Shown here: piece after piece, positions 1-7,940 of the stretch
Layout of the letters: the number at the start of each line of letters is the position of its first letter
Position numbering within the stretch: the first letter of the stretch is position 1
Source: Candidatus Dadabacteria bacterium
GTDB taxonomy: Bacteria > Desulfobacterota_D > UBA1144 > Nemesobacterales > CSP1-2
Assembly (NCBI GenBank): GCA_022615255.1
Contig: JAKEHC010000117.1
Location: 1 to 33,549, forward strand
Length of the DNA: 33,549 bases
Direction of reading: 5' to 3'
Program-made: the position numbers and the translations under genes
Notes under the pieces: generated by a model
What the model saw: the letters and a program-made list of their open reading frames with translations, nothing else
Told to the model about the DNA's origin: nothing
Databases searched by the model: none

Positions 1-897
1 CTTCAATACCAGAAGTTTCAGCAATTCTTCCTCTGACGCTACGAGATCCCCTTCAACTCTTATATCTTTAACGTTAAATTGTTTTCCTTCCTCAATCCTA
101 TATGTAACAATGAAGCCATCTTTTTCCTTGTTGAATTCGACTTCGGGCTTGCTCACTTTAACATCGATATATCCGTTATCAAGATAAAGCACCCTGATTC
201 TATCGGAATCTCTCTCAAGCTCATCCTGTTTATAAAGACCTCGGTGTGTAATAAAAGTAAAGGTCCATTTAGGCTTGGTCTGCATGATGTTTTTTATCTT
301 TTTCGTTTTTATAGCCTCATTCCCCACAATATTTACCTGTTTTATATATGCCTTTTTTCCCTCTTTTATATCAAAGGTAACGCCTACGGTACCTTCTGTC
401 TTTGGCTCAATATCATAGCTCACCTCTGCTGTTGCATAACCATCGTCGGCATATAGTTTCTTTACCGCATCCGCGCTCATTTTTACCTTGTCAAGCTCAA
501 TAATTCTTCCTTCCTTAACCTCTATAACATTCAGGATTTTATCCGTCTTTATCTTTTTGTTTCCCTTTACCCTTAGGTCAACGACAACCGGTTTTTCTTT
601 CACCTTATAGACTAGCACCATTCCCTCCGGGGTTTTTTCAACCTCTGCCGACACATCGTCAAAAAAACCAAGCTTGTATAATCTCTTTATATCGCTGCTT
701 ATAGTCTCTTTGGAAAGGGGCTCCCCTGTCTTTGAGGAAATGTTGATTCTTATGAGATCGGTTTCGATCCTTTTATTCCCTTGGATGTCGATTCTTATGA
801 CATTTTCTTGACCAAATCCAAAACTGGCGAAAGATAATGTAAAAAAAACGATAAAAAGGACCCTAATGAAAAATGCATATCGGCTTTTAGTTTTCAT
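1..897 (-). CDS. bamA: Outer membrane protein assembly factor BamA, N-terminal part (signal peptide plus POTRA repeats); the 3' end runs off the window
   Basis: Absent from the ORF track because it is open at the window edge. Minus-strand ATG at 897-895 is followed by 299 sense codons without a stop down to position 1: MKTKSRYAFFIRVLFIVFFTLSFASFGFGQENVIRIDIQGNKRIETDLIRINISSKTGEPLSKETISSDIKRLYKLGFFDDVSAEVEKTPEGMVLVYKVKEKPVV... It has a signal-peptide-like N-terminus and repeated POTRA-like modules. The start overlaps the lolD stop by 11 nt. Confidence 0.85.
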   Translation of the reverse strand, partial: MKTKSRYAFFIRVLFIVFFTLSFASFGFGQENVIRIDIQGNKRIETDLIRINISSKTGEPLSKETISSDIKRLYKLGFFDDVSAEVEKTPEGMVLVYKVKEKPVVVDLRVKGNKKIKTDKILNVIEVKEGRIIELDKVKMSADAVKKLYADDGYATAEVSYDIEPKTEGTVGVTFDIKEGKKAYIKQVNIVGNEAIKTKKIKNIMQTKPKWTFTFITHRGLYKQDELERDSDRIRVLYLDNGYIDVKVSKPEVEFNKEKDGFIVTYRIEEGKQFNVKDIRVEGDLVASEEELLKLLVLK

Positions 898-1570
898 CTA
901 CTATTTTTCCGTCAGAGAGTCTGATCCTTCTGCCAAGCCTCATAGCTACCGCCGGGTTGTGTGTGACTAAAGCCAGTGTTATCTCCTCCTCCCTGTTAAG
1001 CTCTAGAAACAAATCCATGACCGAGCTTCCAGTTTCTAAATCCAGATTTCCGGTAGGCTCATCCGCTAAAATCACCTGGGGTTTTAATGCAACTGCCCTT
1101 GCAATCGCAACCCTTTGTTGCTCTCCGCCTGAAAGCTCTCCCGGTCTGTGTGTTAGTCTTTCTCCAAGCCCCACTCTTTTAAGAACCTTTGACGCTATTT
1201 CTTTTGCCTCCCTTGCTTCCATCCCCCGTATCAAGAGCGGCATCATTACGTTTTCTAGCGCACTGAACTCAGGAAGCAAATAATGAAACTGAAATACAAA
1301 TCCAATCTCACGGTTTCTAAAAACTGCAAGCTCGTCGTCGTTCTTTAAGAATACGTATTCCCCCCTATAAAGAACCCATCCATCGGTCGGACGATCGAGT
1401 GTTCCAAGTATATGTAAAAGTGTGCTTTTGCCAGATCCTGACACACCTACTATACCGAGCGTCTCACCTTTATCAATCACAAGGTCTATTCCTTTTAGCG
1501 CAGTCACTCTACTTCCATCCGTTTCAAATACCTTTGTTAAGCCCTTGGTTCTAATTATCTCATTACTCAT
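887..1570 (-). CDS. lolD: Lipoprotein-releasing system ATP-binding protein LolD (ABC ATPase, MacB/LolD family)
   Basis: Walker A GVSGSGKST, ABC signature LSGGEQQRVAIARA, Walker B ILADEPTGNLD. ATG start. Sits next to a LolC/E-type permease. Confidence 0.85.
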   Translation of the reverse strand: MSNEIIRTKGLTKVFETDGSRVTALKGIDLVIDKGETLGIVGVSGSGKSTLLHILGTLDRPTDGWVLYRGEYVFLKNDDELAVFRNREIGFVFQFHYLLPEFSALENVMMPLLIRGMEAREAKEIASKVLKRVGLGERLTHRPGELSGGEQQRVAIARAVALKPQVILADEPTGNLDLETGSSVMDLFLELNREEEITLALVTHNPAVAMRLGRRIRLSDGKIVDEN

Positions 1571-1652
1571 TTTAACATCATGCGGGATTAGAAAGTCCCT
1601 TCTATCATGCTTATAAACCTATAGCGTTGGTAAGTTTTAATCATCTCGTCAC

Positions 1653-2951
1653 TCATTCATATCTTAACGATTCAACAGGGTCTTTTCTTGACGCCTGATA
1701 CGAAGGGTATAGCGTTGCTAAAAAACATATCGCCAAGCTCACAATCGCCACTCCAATGAAATAAAGCGGTTCAATTTTAACTGGAAACTCAGAAACAGGA
1801 TAGACCTGTGTATCAAATGGTATAAGGTTCTTGATTGAATCGCTGGTTTTCACCAAATAGCAGAGTCCAAATCCCGCGATACTGCCTAAAATGGTCCCTA
1901 CAAAACCAATAATCATTCCGTCTGTTATGAATATTCTCATTATCCCCTTGCGCGTCGCTCCCATCGCACGAAGGATCGCTATATCCTTTCCTTTCTCCAT
2001 CACAACCATCGTGAGCGTGCTCACAATATCAAGGGCGGCAACCAGTATTATCAGACCAAGAAAGATAGCGATGGCAATCCTCTCAAAACGAAGGGCGCGA
2101 AAGAGGCTCTTATTCACCTCCTCCCAGTTTCTCGTATAAAATGGGAAGCCCAGATTCTCCGTAATTTTTTCACCTATTTTTCTAGCCTGATAAATGTCTT
2201 TAACCTTAGCTTCAACGCCTGTGACTCTGGAGCCCATCTCAAAAAAATCCATCGCTTCCTTTAAACCGACATAAGCAATCGAGGAGTCGTATTCAACCAT
2301 TCCATAGTCAAACACCCCGACTACCTCAAACCTCTTTATTTTGGCTTGTGGCCCAAAGGGACCCACCTTACCAAAAGGGGATACCAGGTTTACTTGATCC
2401 CCTGTAGAAATTCCCAGGTTTGAAGCAAGCTCTTTTCCTATAATTAATGGCGGTTTCCCCGATTGAGTTTCTTTATTGAGTTTCATTATCAAATCATGAC
2501 CAATCACTTTAAGCTCATCCGCCTTAACCTTCCCATCTCTCCCAACCACACCCCTTCCCAATGCCTCCTCGATGTTTGTTACACCCCCCGCATTTTCAGG
2601 GTCGATCCCCCTTATTACTGCTCCAAGAACGTTGTTTTCGCCTACAACCATCCCCTGCCCGTATATAAATGGGCTTGTCCCAACTACACCGTTTGTATTA
2701 ATTATATCCCTCTTTATTCTCTCATAATCTCTAATAGGTCCGTCGTAGCTAAGCACAACAAGATGTGAGTTCACACCTAGGATTTTGTCTCTGAGCTCCT
2801 CTTCAAAACCTCTCATTACGGCTAGAACAACGTTTAACGCCATTACGCCCATGAAGACCCCAAGGATGGATATCAATCCTATTACAGAGATAAAGGTCTG
2901 CCTTCTTTTCGATCTCAGGTATCTAAGTCCTATAAAGAACTCGTATCTCAT
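1653..2951 (-). CDS. Lipoprotein-releasing system permease LolC/LolE family (FtsX-like, MacB-type periplasmic domain)
   Basis: N-terminus MRYEFFIGLRYLRSKRRQTFIS, followed by a large periplasmic loop and a C-terminal FtsX-type 3-TM bundle ending in YPSYQASRKDPVESLRYE. 4-nt ATGA overlap with the lysS stop. Confidence 0.85.
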   Translation of the reverse strand: MRYEFFIGLRYLRSKRRQTFISVIGLISILGVFMGVMALNVVLAVMRGFEEELRDKILGVNSHLVVLSYDGPIRDYERIKRDIINTNGVVGTSPFIYGQGMVVGENNVLGAVIRGIDPENAGGVTNIEEALGRGVVGRDGKVKADELKVIGHDLIMKLNKETQSGKPPLIIGKELASNLGISTGDQVNLVSPFGKVGPFGPQAKIKRFEVVGVFDYGMVEYDSSIAYVGLKEAMDFFEMGSRVTGVEAKVKDIYQARKIGEKITENLGFPFYTRNWEEVNKSLFRALRFERIAIAIFLGLIILVAALDIVSTLTMVVMEKGKDIAILRAMGATRKGIMRIFITDGMIIGFVGTILGSIAGFGLCYLVKTSDSIKNLIPFDTQVYPVSEFPVKIEPLYFIGVAIVSLAICFLATLYPSYQASRKDPVESLRYE

Positions 2952-4411
2952 TCAGGTCTAAGATGAGGAAAGAGAATCACTTCTCTTATGGAAGGAGAAT
3001 TCGTAAGAAGCATAACGAGGCGGTCAATTCCTATTCCAGCCCCTGCGGTTGGCGGCATACCTTGCTCAAGTGCTCCTATAAAATCCTCATCCATTTCGTG
3101 AATTTCCTCTTCTCCCTTTGATTTAAGATCAAGCTGTCTTAGAAATCTTTCCTTTTGATCAATAGGGTCATTAAGCTCAGAAAACGCATTGGCAACCTCC
3201 CTTCCTGCAATATAAAGCTCAAACCTGTCAGTAATGTCAGGATTTAAATCGTTTTTTCTAGCTAGAGGCGATATATCCGTAGGAAATCCAAGAACAAAGG
3301 TAGGATCAACAATCCCATCACCGACTAAGCGCTCAAATATCCCGGTGAGAGCCTTTCCCCTTATTCCCTTATGGGCGATTCCTAAGGAGGCCGCTTTCTT
3401 AAAAAGAAGCTCGTCTCGTCCTAGAATATCCTCGGCGAGCTTACTCTTAATTGATTCAATGAGGTTAATCCTCTTCCATGGCCTGCTCATATCTATCATC
3501 ATACCTTGATAATCAAACTCAAGAGCGCCGAGAATGGCTTCTCCTGCATAACAAATCAGCTCTTCAACTAATTCCATTAGGTCTTCGTACGTAGCATAGG
3601 ACTGGTAAAGCTCCATAATCGTAAACTCAGGATTATGCTGAGTGGATACACCTTCATTCCTGAATGTTCTGCCAAGCTCGTATACCCTTTCAAATCCACC
3701 TACTACTAATCTTTTTAGATAAAGCTCAGGAGCTATTCTAAGATACAGCTCCAGGTCGAGGGCGTTATGATAGGTTTTAAACGGCTTTGCAAGAGCGCCG
3801 CCTGCAATTGTATTAAGGATAGGGGTCTCTACCTCGATAAAACCCCTTTCGTTCAGGAACTCTCGTATAAGTCTTATGATTCTAGTTCTTTTTAAAAAAA
3901 TCTCTTTTACTTCTGGGTTAGAAATTAAATCTAAATAACGCTTTCTGTATCTGGTCTCCACATCTTTAAGCCCGTGCCACTTCTCAGGCAATGGGTAGAG
4001 ACTCTTTGTTATAAGCTTAAAATCCTTTATGTTTATTGTGAGCTCGCCTGTTTTTGTTTTAAATAGGTTCCCTTTAATTCCGATAAAATCTCCAATATCA
4101 ATAAATTTCTTAAAAAAACCCAGTTTTTCATCGCCTATAACATCCTTTCTTATATACCCTTGGATCTTTCCAGTTCTATCCATAATATGGAAGAATATGG
4201 TTTTACCAAAATCCCTTAATGTTATGAGACGACCGGCAAGAGAGAACTCATGAGAATGATTTTTTAGGTCTTCTTCAGAATGGTTGGCATAAGTAGATAG
4301 AACATTATCGGCTTCATGGGTAGGTTTAAAATTGTTTTGGAAAGGGTCAATACCTAAACTTCTTAATTCTTTTATCTTTTCTTTTCTTTGTTCTACCAGT
4401 TCATTTTCCAT
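2948..4411 (-). CDS. lysS: Lysine--tRNA ligase, class II
   Basis: 487 aa with an N-terminal OB anticodon-binding domain and class II motifs (RKRYLDL, FELYIAGREVANAFSELNDP, GMPPTAGAGIGIDRLVMLL). Confidence 0.95.
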   Translation of the reverse strand: MENELVEQRKEKIKELRSLGIDPFQNNFKPTHEADNVLSTYANHSEEDLKNHSHEFSLAGRLITLRDFGKTIFFHIMDRTGKIQGYIRKDVIGDEKLGFFKKFIDIGDFIGIKGNLFKTKTGELTINIKDFKLITKSLYPLPEKWHGLKDVETRYRKRYLDLISNPEVKEIFLKRTRIIRLIREFLNERGFIEVETPILNTIAGGALAKPFKTYHNALDLELYLRIAPELYLKRLVVGGFERVYELGRTFRNEGVSTQHNPEFTIMELYQSYATYEDLMELVEELICYAGEAILGALEFDYQGMMIDMSRPWKRINLIESIKSKLAEDILGRDELLFKKAASLGIAHKGIRGKALTGIFERLVGDGIVDPTFVLGFPTDISPLARKNDLNPDITDRFELYIAGREVANAFSELNDPIDQKERFLRQLDLKSKGEEEIHEMDEDFIGALEQGMPPTAGAGIGIDRLVMLLTNSPSIREVILFPHLRPE

Positions 4412-4471
4412 AATTTCAGTTAATTTTTCTACCTAAAAAAGGGAAGTAGTCAAAAAGGAAAGCACCAAGTT

Positions 4472-4542
4472 ACGAAATCTCAAATTCCAAGCAAATTCCA
4501 ATTTTCAAATACCAAGATTTGGAATTTAGAGATTGAAAATTG
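4472..4542. repeat. AT-rich hairpin repeat element (AAATTCCAA/TTGGAATTT family) in the thioesterase-lysS spacer
   Basis: Two direct AAATTCCAA copies (4482-4490 and 4493-4501) and one inverted TTGGAATTT (4519-4527). AATCTCAAATTCCAA (4476-4490) pairs with TTGGAATTTAGAGATT (4519-4534) apart from a 1-nt bulge. An alternative pairing is CAATTTTCAA (4499-4508) with TTGAAAATTG (4533-4542). The loop core is TTCAAATACCAAGA. Confidence 0.6.
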
Positions 4543-4590
4543 TTTGATACTCGTGATTCAGGATTTTGAATTTGTATTCTCATCGGCAGG

Positions 4591-5004
4591 TCATAATTTC
4601 CTACAATCATCAAGAAGTATATACGTTGAAATCGCTTTTGCAATAAGTTTTTCATTGTTTGTAATGTCAACCTCGGCGGGGATAATTCTTCCTTTTCTAA
4701 GAACCCTTGCCTTGGCTTCTATTATCCCATCTTTTACCGGATCTAGAAAATTTATCTTCATTTCTAGTGTTAAAACCTTTTTGTAAGGCTCAACCATGGA
4801 TAAAGCGGCAACAGCTACGGCGGAATCAGCAAGAGAAAATATCGCCCCGCCGTGAACTATACCGTATGGCTGGGTAAGTTTCTCGTGAAAAGGCATAATC
4901 AGTCTTGCAAATCCTTCATCAATCTCTAAAACCTCGATTCCTAGGAGATTCCAATAAGGCGGTGATGGAAATGGTAGTTTTATTTCTTTATTTAAGTTAT
5001 CCAT
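4591..5004 (-). CDS. PaaI/4HBT-family hotdog-fold thioesterase
   Basis: The YGIVHGGAIFSLADSAVAVAA motif is typical of PaaI-type thioesterases. Start re-called to the ATG at 5004 (MDNLNKEIKLPFPSPPYWNLLG). The track start at 5073 adds 23 hydrophobic, AT-rich residues that overlap a promoter-like sequence. Confidence 0.8.
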   Translation of the reverse strand: MDNLNKEIKLPFPSPPYWNLLGIEVLEIDEGFARLIMPFHEKLTQPYGIVHGGAIFSLADSAVAVAALSMVEPYKKVLTLEMKINFLDPVKDGIIEAKARVLRKGRIIPAEVDITNNEKLIAKAISTYILLDDCRKL

Positions 5005-5016
5005 GATTATTTTTAT

Positions 5017-5046
5017 AATATAGACCAAAACCGACACGGTTTGCAA
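5017..5046 (-). promoter_or_regulatory. Candidate sigma70-type promoter for the thioesterase gene
   Basis: Minus-strand reading gives TTGCAA (5046-5041), an 18-nt spacer and TATATT (5022-5017), about 12 nt upstream of the ATG at 5004. This implies a very short or absent leader, and no SD is visible. Pattern match only. Confidence 0.25.
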
Positions 5047-5109
5047 AGGAGTTATATATAATTGCATAACCATCCACAGGTAAGACCGGCGGTTTGCCCG
5101 TTTTTTATT

Positions 5110-6300
5110 TTATGGGTGCTCCCTTCCAAACGCGCTAAAAACTATGAATCCGATCAAGCAGACCCCACCTGCGGCTATATACATAATATGAAACCCCAGA
5201 AACTCAGCCACAATACCGTAAATAAAAGAACCTAGCATTCCACCGACGGTAAACGCTACACTGCATATTGCAAATGCCTTACCCCTATCAACAACTGGAG
5301 AGAGGTCGATAACTAAAGCATAAACTGAAGGATAGAGAAGCCCGTGACTCAGTCCGAAAAGAATCCCTGTCTCTACAAAATCAGATGTGCTAGAGGCAAA
5401 TGCTATCCATATAACGCTTATTGAAAAAAGAAAGAGTGAGGGCATCACAGCCCTTTTTTTTCCAAATCTATCCGGAATCCATCCACCAAAAAGCCTTACA
5501 AAAAGCGCAGAAAGCGTATAGGCTATAAAGAAAAGATGAAATGCTTCAACTTTAATCTCCATAGCAAAGACTGGAAAGAAGATAAGGGTTGGAATAAAAC
5601 CTGAACCCGCAATCATAAGAGTAAAAGCAGAAACAAAAACACCCTTTCGAAATAGAGTCGTTAGTATGCTGCTTCCCTCTATCTCATGTTTTATAACCCT
5701 AGACGGCTCTCTAATTAATAGGGAAATCAAAAAGGAAGAAAGCCCAACAACAAAAAAGACCAGAAAGAAAGATTTAAAACTATAGGCTTCAATAATTAAC
5801 TTGCCAACGTAAGGTGCCAGCGCATAGTTAATAATCGTAAATACCCCAAAAAGACCGAGCGCCTGACTCCTTCTCGATACAGGCGTCACATCAGCTACAA
5901 GGGTCCCTGCCGATATAAAACAGAGAGAAAAAGCAGCTCCATGCATAACCCTCAGTAACGGGAATAAAAAATCTAATCTATCAAGGTAAGCAAATGGAAG
6001 TGTGGTAAGAGACATCATAAGCCCACCAGTAAGAAGGAACCTCTTTTTTCCCAACCTGTCCACCAGCACCCCCACAGCAGGAGTTGTAAAAATGGTGCTT
6101 AACCCTGTAACCCCCATAATAAAACCTATCGTAGAGGCACTGCCGCCGAGCTCTTGAATACGAATGGGCAATAGGAGAAAGGCGTGAAAATTAAAGAAAA
6201 AAATGAAGCTTGAAAGGGTAGTTAATATAAATTCCCGGCTTAGTAAGGATTTGCTCTCTTCTACATCAAGCTCAATCGGGTCATTTGAATATTTAGCCAT
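5110..6300 (-). CDS. MFS (major facilitator superfamily) transporter, substrate unknown
   Basis: 396 aa, about 12 predicted hydrophobic helices, MFS loop motif GVLVDRLGKKRF after TM2 and a second DRFGKKR-like motif in the C-terminal half. Confidence 0.8.
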   Translation of the reverse strand: MAKYSNDPIELDVEESKSLLSREFILTTLSSFIFFFNFHAFLLLPIRIQELGGSASTIGFIMGVTGLSTIFTTPAVGVLVDRLGKKRFLLTGGLMMSLTTLPFAYLDRLDFLFPLLRVMHGAAFSLCFISAGTLVADVTPVSRRSQALGLFGVFTIINYALAPYVGKLIIEAYSFKSFFLVFFVVGLSSFLISLLIREPSRVIKHEIEGSSILTTLFRKGVFVSAFTLMIAGSGFIPTLIFFPVFAMEIKVEAFHLFFIAYTLSALFVRLFGGWIPDRFGKKRAVMPSLFLFSISVIWIAFASSTSDFVETGILFGLSHGLLYPSVYALVIDLSPVVDRGKAFAICSVAFTVGGMLGSFIYGIVAEFLGFHIMYIAAGGVCLIGFIVFSAFGREHP

Positions 6301-6402
6301 TAGCTTTTATTGCCTCAGAGGTCTCAGAGAAAATAGAGGTAGTCTTCAAATAAACCCCTCATAAACACTGTGTTCTCTATGGCTAAAAACGTTATTAACT
6401 CT

Positions 6403-6429
6403 GAAATCTCAAATCCAAAATCCACAATT
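6403..6429. repeat. Partial or degenerate copy of the same family (GAAATCTCAAATCCAAAATCCACAATT)
   Basis: Aligns with the left half of 4474-4503 (GAAATCTCAAATTCCAAGCAAATTCCAATT) with a few indels. Located in the MFS-MgtC spacer. Confidence 0.45.
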
Positions 6430-6436
6430 AGCGCGG

Positions 6437-7708
6437 CTAACCATACATAATGAGCGCCATGTAAGCTATCGCTCCTATTATTGGGAAAGAAAGAGATAAC
6501 ATTACGAGTTTTGAAAAGTCTTTTGAACCCAGAAGTAAGGCAATCCCCACCTTTAATATAGTATTAACACAGGCTGCGATTAAGATGCCTAAGGTGACGA
6601 CCTCTCCAGTTATTTGCTTATAAGCGAGGCTTGCAAGTGAGACTGTTGGGGCATCGAGGTTTGCAAGCCCTCCTATGGCAGACGTAATATAAACGCCGCC
6701 AACACCTAAGTACCTGTTGGCAAATGTAACAAGAAAGATTATAAACGCAAAGAAAACTGCGAATTTTAGCGCTGGTCTGAGTGTAAATGGGCTTTTTAAG
6801 TCATCAATCGTGCTTGTCGCCTCTTCTCCCTTGCCTCTTCTCCATAAAAAGAACGCAGATAACATTCCTAAAACAAACATCAAGAATAAAGGAGGCGAAA
6901 CTGCCTTTACCAAGGATTTATTTACAATATAAACCTCTATTATCAGCTTTAGAAACACCGTTGACGATGCAAGTGCCGAAGAAAAAGCCAGGGTATTTGT
7001 AAGCGTTCCTTCTCTCTTACTCTCTCTTGAGGCATTCAAGACTAAAGCTGTGCTTGAGACTATCCCACCCAAAAGCCCCATTATGGCAATGCCTTTCCTC
7101 GGCGGCATAAACTTCATAATTACGTAGCCTACAAACTCTATACCGGAAACTATCACCACGATAAGCCATATTCTATAAGGATTAAAAAAACCTAAATAAT
7201 CGTCCTTGGGAAGGAACGGAAGGATCACAAAGGCGATTATTGCAAACTTAAGCGTAGCGTAGAACTCGTCATCCGTAATACGACCTATAAACTTGTGAGC
7301 GGGCTTCTTAGCATATAGGATTACAGCCGTAAAAATCGCAAGAACTACAGCAATTAAACGGTATTCCGTTAAACAAAGGGCACCGTAAAGAAAGGTAAGG
7401 ATAGCAGTGATCTCCGTAGTTGTCCCTAGGTCCTTCTCTCTTTTTGATGTTATGAGGTAAGACGACGTAACAAGCAGGGCGAAACCGAAGAATGAAGCAA
7501 CGAAGAACACCTTTCCAAAATAGATTGAAAAATTAAGAGAAAGAGCGCCCAAAAGCGATATTAGGATAAAAGTCCTTATTCCAGCAAATGTTGACTTCTC
7601 ATCCTCTTGTTGACGAACCCTGGCAATACCCCTTTCCGCACCTATAAGAGCGCCCAGGGCAATAGCGATGAGAAGCGACCCTAAAAGCTTTAGGAGGCTC
7701 TCTGACAC
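6437..7708 (-). CDS. MgtC/SapB-family membrane protein with C-terminal DUF4010-type domain
   Basis: N-terminal LLIAIALGALIGAERG is the MgtC-family signature. The protein is polytopic throughout (423 aa). Starts with GTG at 7708; there is no in-frame ATG nearby. Confidence 0.75.
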   Translation of the reverse strand: MSESLLKLLGSLLIAIALGALIGAERGIARVRQQEDEKSTFAGIRTFILISLLGALSLNFSIYFGKVFFVASFFGFALLVTSSYLITSKREKDLGTTTEITAILTFLYGALCLTEYRLIAVVLAIFTAVILYAKKPAHKFIGRITDDEFYATLKFAIIAFVILPFLPKDDYLGFFNPYRIWLIVVIVSGIEFVGYVIMKFMPPRKGIAIMGLLGGIVSSTALVLNASRESKREGTLTNTLAFSSALASSTVFLKLIIEVYIVNKSLVKAVSPPLFLMFVLGMLSAFFLWRRGKGEEATSTIDDLKSPFTLRPALKFAVFFAFIIFLVTFANRYLGVGGVYITSAIGGLANLDAPTVSLASLAYKQITGEVVTLGILIAACVNTILKVGIALLLGSKDFSKLVMLSLSFPIIGAIAYMALIMYG

Positions 7709-7740
7709 ATGTTAATTATAACAGGAATGAGAGAGAGGCA

Positions 7741-7765
7741 GAGACGCGCCATGGCGTGTCTCTAC
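7741..7765 (-). repeat. REP-like element copy A1 (GTAG followed by a GC-rich imperfect palindrome)
   Basis: Minus strand reads GTAGAGACACGCCATGGCGCGTCTC. The palindrome arms 7742-7751 and 7752-7761 pair at 9 of 10 positions. Confidence 0.6.
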
Positions 7766-7804
7766 CGCAATTAAATCGGGGCTTGAAAGTGGGCAAAAGG
7801 TGGA

Positions 7805-7828
7805 AGACGCCATTAATGGCGTCTCTAC
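7805..7828 (-). repeat. REP-like element copy A2 (GTAG followed by a perfect 20-nt palindrome)
   Basis: Minus strand reads GTAGAGACGCCATTAATGGCGTCT. AGACGCCATT/AATGGCGTCT is a perfect palindrome (7805-7824). Same orientation as A1, about 63 nt away. Confidence 0.6.
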
Positions 7829-7940
7829 AATAAGTAACCATGTGACCGTCCCCAAGCAAGACTGGTTGGTTCTGACCCTTTTGTTTACATGCCTAACCAA
7901 TCGGCTATGAACCGATTAGAAACCCATCGCAATCCGCCCC

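Noticed and set aside
79-456. 125-aa plus-strand ORF in the supplied track at the left edge
   Set aside because: It lies antisense to a stop-free 299-codon minus-strand frame that encodes a clear BamA N-terminus. Its peptide is low-complexity and Phe/Ile/Leu-rich, typical of a shadow ORF.
4412-4471. T-box or other leader upstream of lysS
   Set aside because: There is no specifier-loop or T-box (AGGGUGGNACCGCG-like) sequence. The structured part of the spacer is a member of the dispersed repeat family.
4470-4670. 66-aa minus-strand ORF overlapping the thioesterase 3' end and the repeat element
   Set aside because: It is out of frame with the thioesterase gene, and most of it is the AT-rich repeat. 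No SD. Spurious.
5074-5109. Terminator-like GC cluster plus T-run (CCGGCGGTTTGCCCGTTTTTT) after the MFS gene
   Set aside because: The T-run follows the GC cluster on the plus strand, whereas the flanking genes are on the minus strand. The stem is only 3-4 bp with mismatches.
7712-7900. 62-aa minus-strand ORF in the pyrC-MgtC spacer
   Set aside because: It is built across the two REP-like palindromes, so its peptide repeats VETPLMAS and VETRHGAS, one segment per hairpin. It has no SD and no similarity to anything I recognise. I treat the region as non-coding repeats.
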